A stretch of 64,000 nt of DNA from assembly GCA_964247055.1 (NCBI GenBank), contig OZ176059.1, positions 3,038,001 to 3,102,000 of the forward strand. Reading direction: 5' to 3'. The notes beneath the pieces were generated by a model that saw nothing but the letters and a program-made list of their open reading frames with translations, made no database searches and was not told the origin of the DNA. Positions within the stretch are counted from its first letter, which is position 1. Every line of letters begins with the position of its first letter. Made by a program: the position numbers and the translations under genes. Positions 12,650 through 25,600 of this stretch are shown here, one piece after another. This stretch comes from Paragordius varius (lineage: Eukaryota > Animalia > Nematomorpha).

Positions 12650-14522
12650 TAAATCTCAGAACACGTGCATCTTCTAATTTATGTTATTACCTAAATTCAG
12701 CAAACAAACCTTTAAATTAGTATCCTTAAGCGAGTAAAATGTTTATAAATGATCTTTACACTTATACCGTTTGTGCATCAATGGGTGGGGTGATAAAAAA
12801 AATTTTTTTGACTTGGCTTACAAGTTTTTCAAGTCATGGCTTGCTTTCATCTGATAAAACAAAATTAACATTAGGGCACTTAAGTCAAGCAAGAAAACTT
12901 GAACAGAAGGTGATAAAAAATCATATGGTGAAGAAAAACTTGAAGAAAATGCAAGTGTGGTATTATAGGGCACACTTGACATATACAAAAATATGAGAAA
13001 AAAATATTTTAGTAACTTTTTATGTATATAATTTAGGTTTTATATGTAATTGGAACCTTTAGTCTGTTTATTTGCTAATTTTGGCTAATTTTACCTATTC
13101 AAAGTGAAGAGCATGAAAGTTTGGAAAAGCTGTACAAAATGTGTAATCACAAGTTTATATTTAATATTTATTTTATAGAAACTAATTGCACTCCGAGTAA
13201 TTTCATCAAAAAAAGACAAGAAAAGTCTAGCAATAAAAATTAACAAATGAAGTAAATGAATAGTATTAACTCAAGCAAATTTTTTAAGGTATTTGATTTA
13301 TATTGATATAACATACACATACAAAAAAATAATTTGCTTTTATCATAACACATGTCACTATAAATATATTTAATTTTATTACTAATTGATAACACAACTT
13401 ATATTAAAATAAATCAATTTAACCGCTAATCATAAAAGTTAATTTTAATATTATATAAGTATTTTTTATATATTTCAACTCGTTATTTTAATTTTTAGCT
13501 AAAATTCTCTATTCTTTTAATCTATAGAGAGAAGTTAGTGAAAGTTCTAAAAAAGTAAATTTTAAATTTATTATATTTTTACTCCTAACCTCTGATTAAG
13601 AGATCAAACAGGTATTATTTATAACGGGCTTACCCTTTTTTATCATAATCAAGGCACTATGCCCATTATTTTTTATGACTTAGGAAATATGTTAAGGGGT
13701 ATTTTTAATACAAAGTTAATAATAATAATTAGCAAGAATGTTCGAAATTTTTAACACATCACAAAACGTGATTTCATTCACAAAAAATATAAAAACACCC
13801 CTAAGTCTCGGTTAATATTATTTTTCGTTGAAATCCTTATTTATCTACCTACCTATTTACAGATGTAATAAAAAAATTGCGTTCTTACCCCATGAGAAGG
13901 TTATGTTGGATCAGTGCATATTAATGTTCCTGGTGGTAAAGAATGTGGTATCGTTACGATTGCCGATGATATTCCTTGTAAGTCTTATATATATACTACA
14001 ATTGTAACTCTCTGATTTTTTTAATCTCGCTCGATATTAAAGGTATAGATAGACGTAATAAAAATGTCAATTTTAATTTATCTTATAGGTACATGCGTGC
14101 CGCGACCAACTACAAATAAAAAAATATATAAAGAATCATAAAAGGTGTCCCACAAAATACTATAGCCAATATGCAATTAAAGTTTTGGAGCTTCATTATG
14201 AAGTATTACTGCTTCAGAAAGAAGTAGTTTTACTGCTGGAGAAACATAAACTCAATAATTTTAATTCATGAAATAAATTTATTATAACTTTTCAAAATGC
14301 AATCCAATATTAAAATGTAATTAATATATCTATATATATAATCCATACGAATCATTATTTGTAGCAAATATATTTATAATAAATTTTATGCCTTTAATAC
14401 ATTTACAATGATGTTAACTCTTTTTTGTTGACCTGAGAGATTCTTTCGTCTGTCAAAGCACTATCCATATTGTCTTAATCTTCGCAATCATCATCGTTAT
14501 TAATATTCTCTAAATCAATTGA

Positions 14523-15124
14523 GAATACACATACCTTGGAAGCATAATCAACAACTTAAGCTCCAGTTCCCAAGAAATAAGAAGACGCATAGCTATCGCC
14601 AAATGCGCTCTATCCTCACACTACAAGTTATGGAAATCTCATGACATAACCCTTAAAACAAAAATCCGACTAGTAAATGCATTAATCTTTCCTATCATGT
14701 TATACGAATGTGAAAGCTGGACTATCAAAAGTGAAGACGAAAAAAGAATAAACGCGTTTGAAATGTTTTGCTGGAGAAAGATACTTGGTATAACATGGAA
14801 GGACAAAATAAAGAATATCGACATTGTAAATAAAATTAACGCACAAACAACGCTTCGGGGTAAAATAATAAAACAAAAATTCGGTTACTTTGGACACATT
14901 ATTCGGGGCAATTCTTTGGAAAAGGATATTATGTTAGGAAAAGTAAATGGTAAGAGAGGAAGAGGCCGCAGACGTATTCGCTGGGTAGACGAAATCTTAT
15001 CACTTTCCAAATTGTCATTGCAAAAACTATCTCAAAAAGCTCACGACAGAACCGAATGGAGGAAGTTTTCCTACAAAATCGCTAATGGTCGATTACCGAC
15101 TACAAGCTCAACAACAACAACAAC
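14523..15124 (+). mobile_element. 5'-truncated RTE-clade non-LTR retrotransposon (end of RT ORF plus CAA tail)
   Basis: YLGSII..EIRRRIAIAK..TKIRLVNALIFPIMLYECESWT..INAFEMFCWRKILGITW..FGYFGHIIR..GKRGRGR..RWVD; (CAA)n tail; 11-bp TSD AAATCAATTGA at 14512-14522 and 15125-15135. Confidence 0.92.
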
Positions 15125-15179
15125 AAATCAATTGATATTACATCATCTATATCAAAATCATCCTTTAAAAATTTAGTAG

Positions 15180-15900
15180 TCATGTTATGTAGAACGGCGC
15201 GGCGCAGCTTACAATAATATTTACTGCGGTATCCAAATGGATTCGCATTTTATTATGCAAAATGGGTAACTGACCAAATAACCTTTCAATGACTATTCTT
15301 TCTCTAGCATGGAATAATGTATTAAACTTCGTTTGTAAAAGGTTGTTAGGGTGGTTTTTAAATGGTGTTATTATATATGGAGTAATTCCATACCCACTGT
15401 CACCCATGGCTAAAATGGAACGTATCATACTTTTGCGGAAAATCCGGCTATCATGAACGCTTCCCGCCGGCATTTTAACGTTTAAACTCGTTATAAATTC
15501 ATCACCGTTTCACAGGTAAATTGACAATTAAGGCTATAACGGCCTTTTCGGTTTTGATATATTCGTCGTCACCAAATTCCTTAGGCCTCATGATGTCGAT
15601 GTAGGTACAGTCTATGGCACCGATAACTGTTGGCATCTTATGATTCTTCTGCCAACGTTGTTTAGGGTTGAAACTGGTCAGATGGAAATCGGATCCATTT
15701 ATGAGCAATGTCACAAATTTTTTCCGCCACTTTAGATACTGTTTTAGTTACGGTTGATCGTTCTACAGAAACCCGGGGTCGCTAATGCAACGGAGGAAAA
15801 TCTCCACACAACATGTAGGTGAAAGTGCGCCACCTCTTTTTTCAATAATATCGGTAGGGAAAATTTGTGAAGTGTTATAAAATCGATGCTTTCATCATTT
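15180..15900 (-). pseudogene. Harbinger/HARBI1-like DDE transposase, frameshifted
   Basis: KRGGALSP..IFLRCISDPGF; VIGAIDCTYI; AGSVHDSRIF; GDSGY; FNTLFHARERIVIERLFG. Split over several frames. Confidence 0.85.
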
Positions 15901-18900
15901 TAAATCTTAACAAACGTTTCATATATGTTCCAACTCTATTTTTTTGAGCTCCAATTTGTTTTTGAAATTGTTCATGTACATTGCTGTAATCAGTTAACAA
16001 ATAAAAGGATATTCCTTAAAATCTATAATCTAAAAGGTTATATATGTATTTTCAAAAATAAATTAACCTTAATTTATAGATATACAGAATTAATGACAAA
16101 AGTTGTTCAGGATGCGTATTAAAGTATATACGTTTATTAACGTTTAAATCTATATAATTATACCAATATTTTTACTTGAATTAATTGTATTTTTACAGAT
16201 ATCACCTGCCCTCTAATATACCTTTGTTAATTTTTTTAAGCGCAATTGTTATTTAGTGAGACTAATGTTGCTTTAAATTAATAATTAAGATATAATCTAA
16301 AATTATATATGTATTATACCTGTAATATGTTAAACTTGTAGTAAAATTAATTATATAAGTGTGGAAGGGCGAATGGTTTCTTAAAAACTATAGGTATAGG
16401 GTTGAATATTTAAAAAAATCTTAATATTTATTATTTTAACATACCTAACTTTGAGTTTTACTTCAATAAATGCATATAGTATTGGGTATTTATTCTTTAT
16501 TGCCTTAATCAATAAATTTTCGTTGTAAAATTTCAAAATATTCCCCGCATAATTTGTGAATTGGGTGGTAAAAAACTGTTACATTCATAAGCAAAAAACT
16601 TGACTTAAGTGTTTTTTTTATCACCGATCTTCAAGTGTACACTTACTGGCTTAAGTAATCTTGCTCAACTTGCCACGCTTGGCTTACAAGTCAAGTGCGA
16701 CTTTTTTATCACCCCACCCAATATATTTTTAACAAACATTCGCTAATTAAGTTTTTGAACAAAGTATGCATTATTTTAAAAAATATTTTTTTAATGCCAT
16801 AATCTAACATATATAAACTTTTTTATATAAGGGGGCATATTTTTGAGAGGGAGGGGGCAAAAATTTTAGACTTTTAGAACCCTGATCAATATTTTTTTAT
16901 AATATTATTTTGCTTCTTTTAAAATATGGTTTATGATATAATTTATGATGTTTTTTGGAATAAAGTGTTTAGATATCAAAAAAGTTAAGCATAATATGAG
17001 CGAATTCAGGATTACTTGATACGGACCAATTACACAAAAATTTTACTTAAATGACTCCTAAGGCCAAAAACCAAGACGAACATCTAAACGCTAAATAATC
17101 CTTTTTATCAAGTGCATCGAATTGGGAAATATAAAAAATATCTTGATGAAATATAATTATGTTCTGATAGATAATGTATCAGGATAAACGGTGATTTTGA
17201 TTTTGTAATATACTAGTCTCATTCAATTATGATTACAGCTTTGTGATAATTTCACCATATATTCAGAACACATTATTATACTAAATGTAATTTTTGATGA
17301 AAACTGGTTTCGTAAAAAGCATCATTTAAAATATATCATACACTACATATAGAGCAAAATACTAGTTTTTTGTATTAGATACACGGACTCCGTGCTATTT
17401 TTTTAAAAATAAACGCAAACATGAATAATTTTTATATCTCAGTGCATTAATCTTGTATAACTGCAAATTGAAATGGTTTCAATATATTTCATATATTTGA
17501 TTTTAGACAGACCTAGGGTAGTCAATAAGCCCAATATCAAAGAAATCTAGACCTGATTTGTATTCAAATGTTATATAAGTTATAGCGCAAGATGTTTAAT
17601 AGGATTTTTATGGGGAATATTATTGTGGTTTTGGGGCTTATGTAATCGCTACATATCGTAAAATGTAAAAATAGTTCAAACTATGTTTGTTTAAAATTTG
17701 GTAAAAGCTAAATACCCCTTATTCCATAAATAAATAACTATGAAAATATATAGCACAATATATTTAAAGGGGTAGAAGGATATATTTGTAGAATTTTAAT
17801 ACTTTATTTTCATTTTATTGTGCCGATGATAATTGGGGTAATAACAAATACTCTTTTTTAAAGTTATTGAAGTTAAAATTTAATTATCAAACTTTGTTTT
17901 CCAGTGTTGATTAAAAAAGGCTATATTTTTTTAGTTTTTAAACTTTTAGAATCTAAAATTGGGTAGGCGTAACGATTGAACTTAACAACTAAATCTAAAA
18001 TCGATAAATATCAAGTTTTTGCTGGGAAATGTATCTTGAAAGCTTAAAAAACTAATTATTTGCATCCTATTCATAATAGACATTATTTTTAATTAACGAT
18101 CTACAAAAAGGAAAAAATGGCGGCGAAGAAATTCAAGGTAAGGATTTTTTGACAATTTTAGATTTTTCTAAGAAAAATTTGTGCATTATGCGCTTATAAG
18201 GCTGAAGAAAGCTAAATTTAAATTCAGCCAAATATCTCACATACTTTTAAAGATTATCGATATAACACTACCACAAAAGTGGGCTTCAAAAATCCCAAAC
18301 TTTTTGCTCTTTCAACTAAAGTTGTTTTTCTTGAAATAAACGCAAAAAGCCGATATTTTGCTATAAAATTATATATATGCTAAATTATGGCATCCAAAAT
18401 CTTATTTTTTATGAAAAATGCAGACTTTGTTCAAAATAAACTTTAACAAAATTGAAGCGTACTTCATACTATTTTAAAGGCAAAGGGGATATAATTAATA
18501 CTTTTTTGCGATATAATTCGATTATGCATAACATTTCCATTATCCTAGGAATTTGATTGAAATAATTATGTTAGATAAATATATTTTTTTAAAAATCCGA
18601 ATTTCAAACAAATGAACCTCTTTAAATTAAATTCTGATATAATAAATTCATATTCATCCAAATATAAAAAGTCTGCTACAATTTTAAGTGTTTTTATATC
18701 GTTTTTATCATGCTTTTTAATACTATAAACTTTGACGAAATTGCTATAAATTAAATTTTTAAATTACATATTAATTTTTTTAAAAAAAACTTTGTATGAT
18801 GTCAAGTTTTGCATATATTTTCGTTTTTTATGGCGCGTTCTCAGTTCTCTGGCCTTTATTTAACAAGAATTTGTCCATTTTTACGAGTCAACCAATTTGA

Positions 18901-20012
18901 AACTTTAAAAACTGACTTTTTATTTATATATATATAACGATATATGTAGTATATATATTTTATGGTATTTTTGGAAACCATTTAACTTTCCCAATAAAAC
19001 TTGATTTAACAAAGTTTTAAATTTATCATAAGTGAAATCAAAAGCATTAGGATTAATACTCTTCTCCATCAAAATATATACAGTAATAACTGAAATTATA
19101 CTATGGACAAAACGTAAAAATATAAAGACAAATATTTTTATCTAAAAACAACTCCCAAACCTTTTTAAAACCCTTTTTTTTCATATAAGCCATTTAGTTA
19201 ACAATTATATAATATATGATTGTGTTACCATTATCATTTTTATTCCATACCTTGCAATTTACAATTATTTAAATTTAAAAAAAAAACTTTTTAAAAGTAT
19301 GGTTGTCTTATGAAAAAAAAATATTTGTATTTGTTCACGCCAAATCTAGAGTTTAAACCAGAAGTTCGTATCCAAAATATTTTTGCAGACCGCTAGAAAT
19401 TTAAAAAAAATATATACGTAATTTATAAAAAAGTGATTTTTTCTCAAACAATTTTCATAATTTTTTTTAAATTTTATCGCAATAAACTAAATTTTTCTAT
19501 TGAATAGTTTTTGTTTTAAGAGTTTTGTGTTTGAAATTTAATAAAATGTGTGTTAAACCCCATTTGGCAGTCTGTCGGATTTTTTGAACTTGCTCATCAT
19601 AGAGATTAAATAAAATATAAAATAATTTTAAAAACTTACGAAAAACATTTCGGTTATTCATTAGTATTTATCAAAAGTTTGTCTCTAAAAATAGAATTAA
19701 AAATAAGAAATTAAACATTTTAAAATCTCCATGTGCCATGGATTTGGCAAAAATATTAATGATAAGTTCAACATTAGGATTTTTTAACATAAAATCTTTC
19801 CTAAATATTTTTTAACAAAAATGCGCTTCAAATGCCTTATACTCCATTTTTTATAAAATTTTTGATTCAATATTTATATCTAAGTACTAGGTGTTTTTCT
19901 AAGTTTTTACTGGTTTTTCGGTAAATGAAACAATTTTATTTTAAATTTTTAATAAATATTGTCCCTCTTTTTCTATATATTTTGCAATGAGCCATCTCTT
20001 TGTGGCAATATA

Positions 20013-20305
20013 CAGTAAAAATTGAAATTATATGGACAAAACGTGAAAATATAAAGGGAAATATATTTTCTAAAAGGCTACCACCGTACTTTTATAACCT
20101 TATATTTTTTAAATATAACTCATTGTTTTAAATTACAAAGCAAAATTAGAAATGTAAATTGGTAACACAATCAATTATTAATTTTACGATTATATAACTA
20201 AATGTTTTTTTATAGTATAAATCAAGGTTAAAAAAATATGGTTCTCTTTTGTACAAAAAATTGTCTTTATATTTTTACATTTTGCTGTATAATTTCAATT
20301 TTTAG
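20013..20305. mobile_element. Copy of the abundant ~270-290-bp TA-flanked MITE (CAGTAAA..TATACGGACAAAACGTAAAAATATAAAGACAAATA TIR family)
   Basis: Long imperfect TIRs; the right end is degenerate. Confidence 0.65.
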
Positions 20306-20392
20306 TATACAAGTGTCATGCCAGATAATCTAATTGTGTCTTTGGGGGAAAATCATTTGTTAAATTATTTTTATCATTCCTCAAAATTATTA

Positions 20393-20665
20393 CAGTAAAT
20401 TTAAAATTATACGGATAAAATGTAAAAATATAAAGAGAGATATTTTTACAAAAGGCAACCACACCTTTTTTAAACTTTAATTTATCCATTAAAACTTTTT
20501 AAATCATAATCGTAAACTACATAAATAAATGTGTTACCAAAGCACATCTCTATTTTCTACTCTGCAGTTTAAAATGATTTATATTTAAAATTTCAAGGTT
20601 TACAAAGTATGGTTGTCATTTTGAAAAAAATATTTGTCTGTATATTTTTACGTATAATTTTACTC
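20393..20665. mobile_element. Same MITE family, adjacent copy
   Basis: TA|CAGTAAA...TTTTACTC|TA with matching inner TIR. Confidence 0.65.
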
Positions 20666-20835
20666 TATTAGTCAAATGGCGACAGGAGATTACACTTCAG
20701 ATGTGAGAGAATTTTCTATCAAAGCGATTTTTAGATGTTTTTTCTTAGTTTATCTGTCTAAGACGGAACAGAAAATATATAAATAAAGTAAAATTGAAAT
20801 CGGGTGCAAAACGTAGAAATGAAAAACAAAAAATA

Positions 20836-20875
<40 letters not shown>

Positions 20876-22541
20876 ACCCCATACTTTCTCAATTTTTTTA
20901 TTTTTCAAATATTGTCTGTTGTTCTGGGTTGCAAAATAGGGAATTGCCATGTATTATTATATATATAATTTAAATCCTATTCAAATAGTTTATGCAGGCA
21001 TAAGGTCTGAAAAGTTTAAGGTTGTCTTTTACAAAAAAATTGTCTTAAATTTTTCATTTTGCCCGTATAATTTTAATTTAACAAAATTTTAACACCTTAT
21101 CTTCCATCCGTTCAGGACCTTTTTTGATAAAAGGTTAATTATACCTTGATTGGCGATAGTCCTGTATCATAATTGTTTCATGAGGGGTATAACAAATGAA
21201 ATTGACCTACAATCTTTTCTCACTCTCTCTCTGATTTCCGAAACGATATTATTTTTGCGTTTGTAGACTGGTTTGAGGTAGAGCTGTCCAACACAAATGA
21301 CTGCGGAGGCCACATTTTTGTATAGAAAAACCCGGGTGGACTTGATTCGCGCGAAATATGTGTAACAAAATTTCATTATATATTTTTAACATAAGACACT
21401 AAAAACTTTTATTTATTTTAATAATTATTGAAAGTTCATTGCTAAAGTTTGGTAAAATTTATCCAGAAATTATGTGTAAGAAATTTTCTTAGTTAAATTG
21501 CCGGGAAAACTACAGAGGTCCGCGTGTTGATATTGTTTTTAAGTAACATGTTTTGAATTTTTTCCCAAATTTTAAATCAAAATATGCAAATATTAACATT
21601 ATATCGGCATTTTGCATGGATTTAAAGAACCAAAGATTTTACATTTTGATATTTATATTATATTTATTAACATTTTTTTAAAATATATTTAGCTTTTATA
21701 AAAGTACAAAGTGCGTTAGTCAAATTTTAAATTAGATGGGGATCACTTTCATAAAACACATAGCCGAAAACGGTGATATTCAAATCCCACGTTCGAATGC
21801 CGCCCTAAAAATGCTTCTTATGGAGCTGATGTACAGTAAAAACTTAAATTAAAGACACATAACGTAATGACACATATTTTTTCTAAAAACATTTATACTT
21901 ATAAAGCTAACCTATTGCTATAGAAATTTATATAATTACAATTGTTAAATATATAATTCATTATATTAACACACTACATTTCTATTTCAAAATTTTTAAT
22001 ATAAAAACAGTGGTTATATTTTAGTACAGCGGTTTTTTAAATAGATATTTTATGTTTAAACGTATAGTCTGTAAAATAATTTTATTGTAATTATTTTATG
22101 TATCCATACTGCAAATGCAAACAACAATATTAGTATTAAAGCTACCAAATTTTTCAGCTCTTTATTTTATTTGTTAATTACCACTGTCTAAAACCAAAAG
22201 TATTATAAAATTAATACGACTTTTGTTAATTTATTTATCTTAAAAATGTTTATACCTGCCTATGCTATTTTTATTGGATACGATAGATAATTTATAAATT
22301 ATATATTTTTAGTGAGTGAAGAATTATTTATATTGCAATTTAAGACTTATTCGATAAAAACACACCTAATATGCGTTTCTAATTAATAATGATTTTAGAT
22401 AGTGTTATTTTAAATCCCGACAAGTTATAATATATCTTATTATTATAATTTCATTTTAAAATATATTTCTAAAATTTTTTATAATAAAATTTACCAAATA
22501 GTGTGTACATTCATAAACCTCATTTGGTTTACATACCTATA

Positions 22542-22550
22542 CTTCCTTTC
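22542..22550 (+). promoter_or_regulatory. Pyrimidine tract (TCT/5'TOP-like start site) about 45 nt upstream of the RPL7A ATG
   Basis: CTTCCTTTC; ribosomal protein genes typically initiate in such tracts. The TSS cannot be verified from DNA alone. Confidence 0.4.
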
Positions 22551-22591
22551 AACAACTTAGGCGTGGAAAACACTAAAAAAACACCTAAAAA

Positions 22592-22603
22592 ATGGTTATC
22601 AAG
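22592..22603 (+). CDS. RPL7A: RPL7A exon 1 coding part (MVIK)
   Basis: ATG GTT ATC AAG|gtaaat, then a 30-nt intron to an in-frame exon 2. The ATG at 22664 is an alternative start. Confidence 0.7.
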
Positions 22604-25600
22604 GTAAATTTTTGCAAATTTATATCTTTTTAGAAATCTTCTGCGTCTTCAAAGGCTGCAAAAATGCAGAAAAAAGTTGCACCACCCCCTGCTATAGTTA
22701 AAAAAGCTCCAGTTGCCCCTAAGAAAGAAACCAATCCACTGTTTGAAAAACGGCCTAAAAATTTTGGAATCGGGCAAAATATTCAACCGAAACGTGACTT
22801 GACGCGTTTTGTGAAATGGCCGCGGTACATTAGACTTCAAAGACAAAAACGCATCCTACTTCAAAGGCTTAAAGTACCGCCACCCATTAATCAATTTAGA
22901 CAAGCTGTGGATAGGCAAACAGGTTTTTATTTCACAGAAATATTTGTTTTGAAACATTGTAGAGCTACATTGTTTTTCTATCGCTTACAGTTTTAAATTT
23001 ATTGAAAAAATTACCATAGTTCTCCAAATTAAAATTTCTTGGTTATTCTCTTTTTTAAATTTAATATTAAAAATATCAGATAAGAAATTTTATTCTTTGT
23101 TTAAAAAATAATTTTTTGTAGAAGTTTTTTGATTCTTCTTGCTTTTTATAAAATAATTTTTTTGAGTTTTCAGTAAAATGCGATTAATTGAATTATTTCT
23201 ATTTTTTATTTCAAAAAATTAATATATATATATATTTATATATATTTACTATTATTTTGCAATTAATATATATTTTGAATAACTAAAAAAATATATTAAT
23301 TTTGAATTGAATGATGAATTGCTTTCCATCTGAGCACACATGATTACTCTTGAATCTTTCACCAAGATCACTGACAAAACATTTTTCAAACTAAAAAATC
23401 ATGAAATATAATTTTGTTTATTTTCTTTATTTTGACTGTTGTTACCATAGCAACGCATTAAAACACTTTAAAATTAGTTTATTTTTGAAATACGTTTAAA
23501 AATTTTATACAATTTTTTTTTAAAGCACTTAAAATTCTACTTATTTTTTGTTTGGGTTACCATATCAACGCTTAAAAACATTTTTTGATAAAAACTATTT
23601 TTTAATTTATTAAACCTTCAATAAAAATTTTCTTTTTTTGCCTGTTCTCATAGCAACGCAAAAAAAAAACTTTAAAAATTTTCTAGAACTTTCAAAAACT
23701 TATAAATTATAAAGCTTATTTTTCTTTTCTGTTACCATAGCAACGCGCAACTACTCTAAAATTATATCAATTTAATAAAACTCAAAGATTTACTTTTTAA
23801 TATTAAGAACTTTCTAAACTTATTTTATTTTTCCCCTGGTTACCATAGCAACGCAACTTTTACGTCTGCTGCATAAATATCGACCGGAAACGCGGTTGGC
23901 TAAAACCAAACGATTAAAAACTCAAGCAGCTGCTAAGGTTGCCGTTGACACTAAAAACAAAAAAGCATCATCAGCTGCTGGTGGAAAAAAGAAGAGTTCA
24001 ACGACCCCGTCCAAAACAGCTGCTGAGCAGCCAAAAAGTACATTGACCCCGTCTAAAAGAAAACCTGTTTTACTTTCGGGCATAAATACCGTGACCAAGT
24101 TGGTGGAACAGAAACGTGCCATCTTAGTTGTCATTGCACATGACGTTGACCCTATTGAGGTAAAACAAAACATATGATTTGATTAAAATTAAATTAATTT
24201 GGTTTGATTTTTAATGCTGAGATACTTCTTAAAGTTTGATTTGAGAAAAAAAATGATAATTATAATTGTATTTTGGGTTTTTATTTTTGCAAATTTTTGG
24301 GGTTAAGGAGTTTGAAATTCTTTATTTCATTGAAAGTTTTTTTGAATTAGAAATGTTAATTATAATTGAATTATGGTTTTTTTAAAGTTTTTTCGGAACT
24401 TTTTGCGTTAAAAAGTTTGAGACTCTTTATTTTTCTGAAATTCTGATTTTTCAGAAATATTTTTAGGACTAAGTATTATGAGTTTTATTTATTGTAATTT
24501 TTGAAATATTTTTGGGTTAAAAAGTTTAAGACTTTTTTTTCTGATCTGATTTTTCAGAAATGTTAAAATATTGGGAAATGTTTTTAGGATTGAGAATTAT
24601 TGGTTTATTTAAGGTTTTTTTGAAATATTTTTGGATCAATAAGTTTGAGAATCTTTATTTTCCTGGAATTCTGGGTCAGTTTTGCTGAAAGTTTCTTTGA
24701 AATTAGAAATGTTAATTATGATTGAATTAGGGGTATTATTTTAAAGTTTTTTTGCAAAATTTTTGGGTTGAAAAGTTTAAGACTCTTTATTCTCTTGAAT
24801 TCTGAGTTTTTTTGAAACATTGAATGTTTTTAGGACTGAAAATGTGTTTTATTTAAAGTTTTTGTCGAAATATTTTGGGGTTAAGAAGTTTGAAATGATT
24901 TATTTTTCTGGAATTCGTGGTGACTGGGTTTATATTGGACAATATTTTTAAGACTGAGAATTATGGGTTTTATTTAAAGTTTAAGGTTTTTTTGAAATAT
25001 TTTTGGGTTAAAAAGTTTGAAAGACTTTGTGTTTTTGAAATTTTGGGTGAGTGCGTTTTCTGAAATATTGGACAATATTTTTAGGATTTATTAAAAAAAA
25101 TCTCGAATCTGAAATTAATTTTTAAGTTTTTGTAAAAAAAATGTTAATAAGGGTTTTATTTAAGGTTATATTGAAATATTTTGGGGTTAAAAAGTTTGAG
25201 GTTCTTTATTTTTTTTGAAATTCTGGGTGAGCGGGTTTTTACTGAAATATTGGACAATATTTTAAGGATTGAAAATTATGAGTTTTTTTTCAGGTTTTTT
25301 TGCAAAATTTTTGGGTTAAAATGTTTGAAATGCTTTATTTTTCTGGAATTCTGGGTGAGTGGGTTTTCTGAAAAAGACTGAAAATTATGGGTTTTATTTA
25401 AAGTTTTTTTTGCAATATTTTTGGGTTAAGAAGTTTGAAACTCTTTATTTTTGAAATTCTTGGTGAGTTTTTTTAATCAGAAATTTTAATTATTATATTT
25501 AAATTATGGGTTTTATTTAGTTTTTTGCAAAATTTTTGGGTTAAAAAGTTTGAAACTTATTATTTTTTTGAAATTTTGAGTGAGTTTTAAAATGAAATTT

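Larger units (their letters stand above)
12783..16719 (-). mobile_element. PIF/Harbinger DNA transposon (about 3.9 kb) with decayed transposase
   Basis: AAT|GGGTGGGGTGATAAAAAA ... TTTTTTATCACCCCACCC|AAT (TIR plus 3-bp TSD) encloses Harbinger-type transposase fragments. Confidence 0.8.

Noticed and set aside
14697-15176. 159-aa ORF as a stand-alone gene
   Set aside because: It is the C-terminus of an RTE reverse transcriptase inside a TSD-bounded, 5'-truncated insertion.
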